NCBI GenBank assembly: GCA_030264375.1
Contig: JASCQW010000160.1
Location: 16,220,111 to 16,284,110, forward strand
Direction: 5' to 3'
Origin: Carcharhinus longimanus
Taxonomy: Eukaryota
DNA: 64,000 nt
Shown here piece by piece: positions 62,636-64,000 of the stretch (position 1 is the stretch's first letter; the number at the start of each line of letters is the position of its first letter). The notes under the pieces are model-generated. The model was given only the letters and a program-made list of their open reading frames with translations. It ran no database searches and was not told where the DNA came from. Position numbers and translations under genes: made by a program.

Positions 62636-63925
62636 AAATAGATGTCCCAAAAAATGTTGAAATAAAACCTGAAACCTAATTTAGGAGGAGTCACAATCGG
62701 TTACGTACTTGAAGGTGGATAATAAACAATTTCTACTTCTGCATCTTCAGCCTTATTAGTGCAAATTACATGTCTTTGTTAAGAACCCAATCATTCCATT
62801 TTACAAATACCACCCAGCTGCCATTGAATATTCCAGTGTCTGATGTGATCACAAAGGATCTCAGGTCAGCTGTAGCTGATGTCAGCTCTGTAGTGGGTTT
62901 GAGATTCAAAATGACACAGAGCCAGAAAGTGGCCTTTCTATAGATAAGATTATCTGAAAATCAAAAATGTGCAGGGTTATGGGGAGAAGACAAGAGAATG
63001 GCACAAAGCGAAATGTTCATTCAGAGAGACGGTGCAGGCACAATGAGCCAAATGGCCTCCTTGTGCACTGTAACAATTCAATGAGATCAAAAAATTGCAG
63101 AATTTTGGGACATAAGTGAATTATTCAGGCAAGAAAATCCAAAGCCTTGATCAATCCCTGTGCTCAAACAAATCTCTGTTCACAAAACCGGCCTCACCTC
63201 CTAACCTTGAACACGAGTAGCTTCCAATTGTATTTGTTAAGAGTGTGTCTTCGCATTGAGAGCAGACTTACAGGGCTAGTGGGAAAGACAGCCATCTTCT
63301 GCAATTTCTTAAGCTTTTTTAAGTTATCCTCATTGAAAATTACATTATTATTTGTTTCTTTTAATGAATTTTCATGCATTCAATTAATTACATGTTTGCA
63401 GGTTCTGAAACATGCTGTAGCTGATGTACATAAATGATGGTTAGAAGTTTTCATATGTATAAGATAAATCTGGGTCCAAGTTTTCATATGTATAAAATAA
63501 ATCTATGGAATGGATTCAACACTTCCTTTGGACCCTGGGTTTTTTATATTGATTAATGTCCTATTTTGAATTTTCGGAGTATTCCAATGAAAATAAGGGT
63601 GTACTTTGAGGTAACATAGGTAGGACATTGATTATGTTTCTGGCTGCAAAGTCTAGGTTGTGTCCGCAGAGGGAACTCTGGCGCTGTTGAAGATCCTCAT
63701 TGGCTGCAAAGAATGCAAGCATTCATTAAATTGCGAAAGCCGTTAATAAATGCAGACTCTTTCCTTCAAATTTAACAACTAATGAGGGTTAGAAGAGCAG
63801 ATTAGAGACTGATCACAACCTTCAGTCCTGTTACTGGGCTCTGAAATTGCTGGACATATGAGTTATTTTGACAAAGACTTGGAAATGTAGCAAAATCATA
63901 TTCTCCTGCAAATCTCATACATCAC

Positions 63926-64000
63926 CTGAAATTTGTTGGTTGAATTGAATGGTATTTCAAATATTTTGGTATTCTCCTCTCTGAATTCCATCACATTGCC
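63926..64000 (-). CDS. ATP12A: ATP12A exon (N domain), truncated by the window edge
   Basis: GNVMEFREENTKIFEIPFNSTNKFQ|gtgatg. Confidence 0.92.

Noticed and set aside
63135-63270. Possible third copy of the KGAPE exon (LS...LLVFK...QG....LD in ungapped register)
   Set aside because: About 9 of 42 residues and roughly 36% nucleotide identity by hand count, found post hoc, with no acceptor; not distinguishable from chance without a profile search.
63445-63504. Tandem ~26-nt duplication aagttttcatatgtataa(g/a)ataaatc
   Set aside because: Two units only; ordinary slippage duplication, not an array or CRISPR-like structure.

Overview
Eukaryotic genomic DNA with several N-gaps. The repeat content (HE1/V-SINEs, CR1/HER1 LINEs, Deu-domain SINEs) points to a cartilaginous fish, probably a shark (inference). 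Three spliced protein-coding genes were reconstructed by hand from GT-AG boundaries and phase continuity. (1) The 3' part of an uncharacterised + strand gene (220-24168), with a zincin-like HTMAH segment and a C-terminal coiled coil. (2) A complete 6-coding-exon, 163-aa CXorf65/C22orf15-family gene (+, 28479-44061). (3) The 3' 13 exons of a non-gastric H+/K+-ATPase alpha subunit, ATP12A (-, 44875->64000), tail-to-tail with gene 2. Introns are packed with SINEs, LINE fragments, Penelope-like remnants with hammerhead-ribozyme motifs, Harbinger-like MITEs and a hAT-like element. Most notable: a decayed tandem duplicate of the ATP12A KGAPE exon, substitutions in near-invariant ATP12A motifs (TGD->SGD, NDSP->NDAP), a candidate GC-donor exon that extends a coiled-coil heptad, hammerhead-bearing short repeats, a SINE tail swap and a template-switch hairpin. 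I did not find a wholly new multi-gene system. Repeat coordinates are approximate; exon coordinates were counted base by base.
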